This document shows positions 42,590-44,368 of a stretch of DNA of 44,368 nucleotides, in pieces. How positions within the stretch are numbered: position 1 is the first letter of the stretch; the number at the start of each line of letters is the position of its first letter. The notes below the pieces were generated by a model. The model made no database searches. It saw only the letters and a program-made list of their open reading frames with translations, and was not told the DNA's origin. The stretch comes from Thermostichus sp. DRC_bins_24 (lineage in GTDB: Bacteria; Cyanobacteriota; Cyanobacteriia; Thermostichales; Thermostichaceae). The stretch is taken from contig JAUQVK010000097.1 in the NCBI GenBank assembly GCA_039794845.1, positions 1 to 44,368 of the forward strand. The letters are read 5' to 3'. The position numbers were made by a program, and so were the translations under genes.

Positions 42590-43387
42590 TTACTCGCCCT
42601 CGTCAGCGTCGCCCTCGTCTTCGTCCTCCATATCCTCCAGACCTTCATCGTCCAGATCCATGGCACCCTCGTAGTCGAACTCATCCTCTTCGCTGCTGTC
42701 GAGCTGTCCATGGCGTCCTTCGTAGATGGCATCTGCCAGCTTGCCCACGATCAGCTTGATGGCTCGAATCGCGTCATCGTTGGAGGGAATGAATACGTCG
42801 CTCAGATCCGGATCACAGTTGGTATCCAGCAGGGAGATGATCGGAATGTTCAGCTTGATGCACTCTTGAATGGCGTTGGATTCCCGCCTCTGATCCACGA
42901 TGATCACTGCATCTGGGAGCTTGCGCATGGTTTTAATGCCGCCCAAGTATTTCTCCAATCTGGCCAATTCCCGCTTCAGACGAGCTGATTCTTGTTTGGG
43001 CAGGCGATCCATGATGCCGCTGCTCCGCATTCCCTCGATCTCTTTGAGGCGCTCGATGCGGGTTTTGATCGTAGCCCAATTGGTGAGCATGCCCCCCAAC
43101 CAGCGTTGGTTGACGAAGTAGCTGCCACAGCGACGGGCTTCCTGGGCGATGATCCCAGCTGCTTGCCGCTTGGTGCCGATGAACAGGAATCGCTGCCCTT
43201 TTTCGGCAGCATCCCGCACATACTCATAGGCCTCGTTGAGATAGCGAGCGGTTTGCACCAGGTCGATGATGTGAATGCCGTTTCGCTCGGTAAAAATGTA
43301 GGGTCGCATCTTCGGGTTCCAACGGCTGGCCTTGTGGCCGAAGTGAACCCCTGCCTCCAACAGTTGAGGCAAACTGACTACGCTCAT
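42590..43387 (-). CDS. rpsB: 30S ribosomal protein S2
   Basis: [20 protein letters not shown] and NDDAIRAI motifs. Confidence 0.98.
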   Translation of the reverse strand: MSVVSLPQLLEAGVHFGHKASRWNPKMRPYIFTERNGIHIIDLVQTARYLNEAYEYVRDAAEKGQRFLFIGTKRQAAGIIAQEARRCGSYFVNQRWLGGMLTNWATIKTRIERLKEIEGMRSSGIMDRLPKQESARLKRELARLEKYLGGIKTMRKLPDAVIIVDQRRESNAIQECIKLNIPIISLLDTNCDPDLSDVFIPSNDDAIRAIKLIVGKLADAIYEGRHGQLDSSEEDEFDYEGAMDLDDEGLEDMEDEDEGDADEGE

Positions 43388-43495
43388 GGATTGGTCTTCT
43401 CCTACGGGTTAGCCTCCGCCCGAACAAGTCCCATCTGAGGACACCCGATGGTTCAGGCGTGCGATTTTTAAACAGCTCAACCAAGCTAGCACGTT
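43388..43495 (-). promoter_or_regulatory. rpsB promoter and putative S2 autoregulatory leader
   Basis: Extended -10-like TGCTAGCTT, then CGCACGCC...GGGCGGAGGCTAACCC resembling rpsB leaders. Confidence 0.5.
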
Positions 43496-43588
43496 TACAG
43501 CAGGATCCAACAGCCCGGGGTTAACGACAGATAGGATCTGATGCTAGACTAGCGAAGCACTTCTAGAGGTCTCCTCTCGCAGGTGCAT

Positions 43589-43662
43589 CGGGGCGTAGCG
43601 CAGCTTGGTAGCGCACCACTTTGGGGTAGTGGGGGTCGAAGGTTCAAATCCTTTCGCTCCGA
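43589..43662 (+). tRNA. tRNA-Pro (GGG), CCA not encoded
   Basis: Cloverleaf with acceptor CGGGGCG/CGCTCCG, anticodon arm CCACT-TTGGGGT-AGTGG and T loop GGTTCAAATCC. Confidence 0.96.
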
Positions 43663-43736
43663 TTCTATGTAAAATCTCTCAATCCTGCTCCCTATTGGGT
43701 TTCAGTGATTACCCCCCTCCTCCTGAAGAGGAAGGA

Positions 43737-44353
43737 TTAACCCCCTAAATGTGGCGATTGGGGGCCTGGGGTCTCCCTAAATCGCTTTAGGTTGTTGGGT
43801 CGGTGCTTGTGCCGGGATCTCATCTGAGACTGGAGAAGCTTCTTTTGATAGGGATCCACATCTTTGCGCCAGATGACGCGATGCCCCTGCAGGGTGGCTC
43901 CATGCTGCCGCAGACAGTCTTCCCAGCCGTTGGCAAAGCGAATGGAGCGCGGATCCTCCAGCAGTCCCCAATCCTCTTCTTGACGGGTGAGCTTGGCAAA
44001 TTTTTCGTAGCCTGGGTAGTCTGGCAGTACCAGTGCATCTTTGCGGTGGATGAGGGGGGGATTGTCCGTGAGGTCAAAGTCTTGGTAGCGGACGTGTAGA
44101 TCCCTGAGGTCGATTTCCATGCGGGTGTGGATAGCGGGATGAGGATCCCGGTCGAAATGGGGCACGAACAGATAGGCAATTTTGGGTTGTCGGGTCTGGA
44201 ATTTGACCAGGGTGGCTTCATCTGGGCGGCCTGTTCAAGCTGCTGCAGCCGGGGATCCAGCCTGGAAAGAGCCGAATGGTGGACGTAGAGAGCATCCGGC
44301 AGGCATTTCCCCACTGGGTTAGACTTGGCAAGCTGGGTCAGCGTCTCGTCCAT
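43737..44353 (-). pseudogene. Frameshifted gene resembling the C-terminal domain of DNA phosphorothioation-associated putative methyltransferases
   Basis: GKCLPDALYVHHSAL in one frame; ATLVKFQTRQPKIAYLFVPHFDRDPHPA...NPPLIHRKD in another; switch near 44220-44230. The first frame is open to the window edge. Confidence 0.65.
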
Positions 44354-44368
44354 TGTGATAGAGGATCC

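Overview
Core chromosomal region around the replication origin of a cyanobacterium. The very dense GGGATCCC palindrome and the gene content suggest a thermophilic hot-spring Synechococcus/Thermostichus (inference). Housekeeping genes include ndhG/ndhE, gyrB, rimM, menE, petG, panC-cmk, smc, rnpA, rpmH, dnaA, dnaN, queG, tsf, rpsB and tRNA-Pro(GGG). A DnaA-box plus DnaA-trio oriC lies between dnaA and dnaN. Main observations: (1) a 550-aa Ser-initiated LAGLIDADG+HTH intein in the GyrB TOPRIM DxD motif; (2) a tnpB-only IS200/IS605-family element whose right end supplies the dnaN stop codon, so its predicted guide is antisense to dnaN; (3) a 24+3 bp hairpin element inserted in frame at GATC sites in menE (twice) and panC; (4) eight perfect 10-17 bp tandem duplications, found in intergenic DNA, at a gene end or in broken genes; (5) a membrane protein fusing an apparently inactive thermonuclease to a PspA/Vipp1-like helix; (6) candidate structured RNAs and four pseudogenes. 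All calls were made by eye from sequence motifs; no database searches were run.
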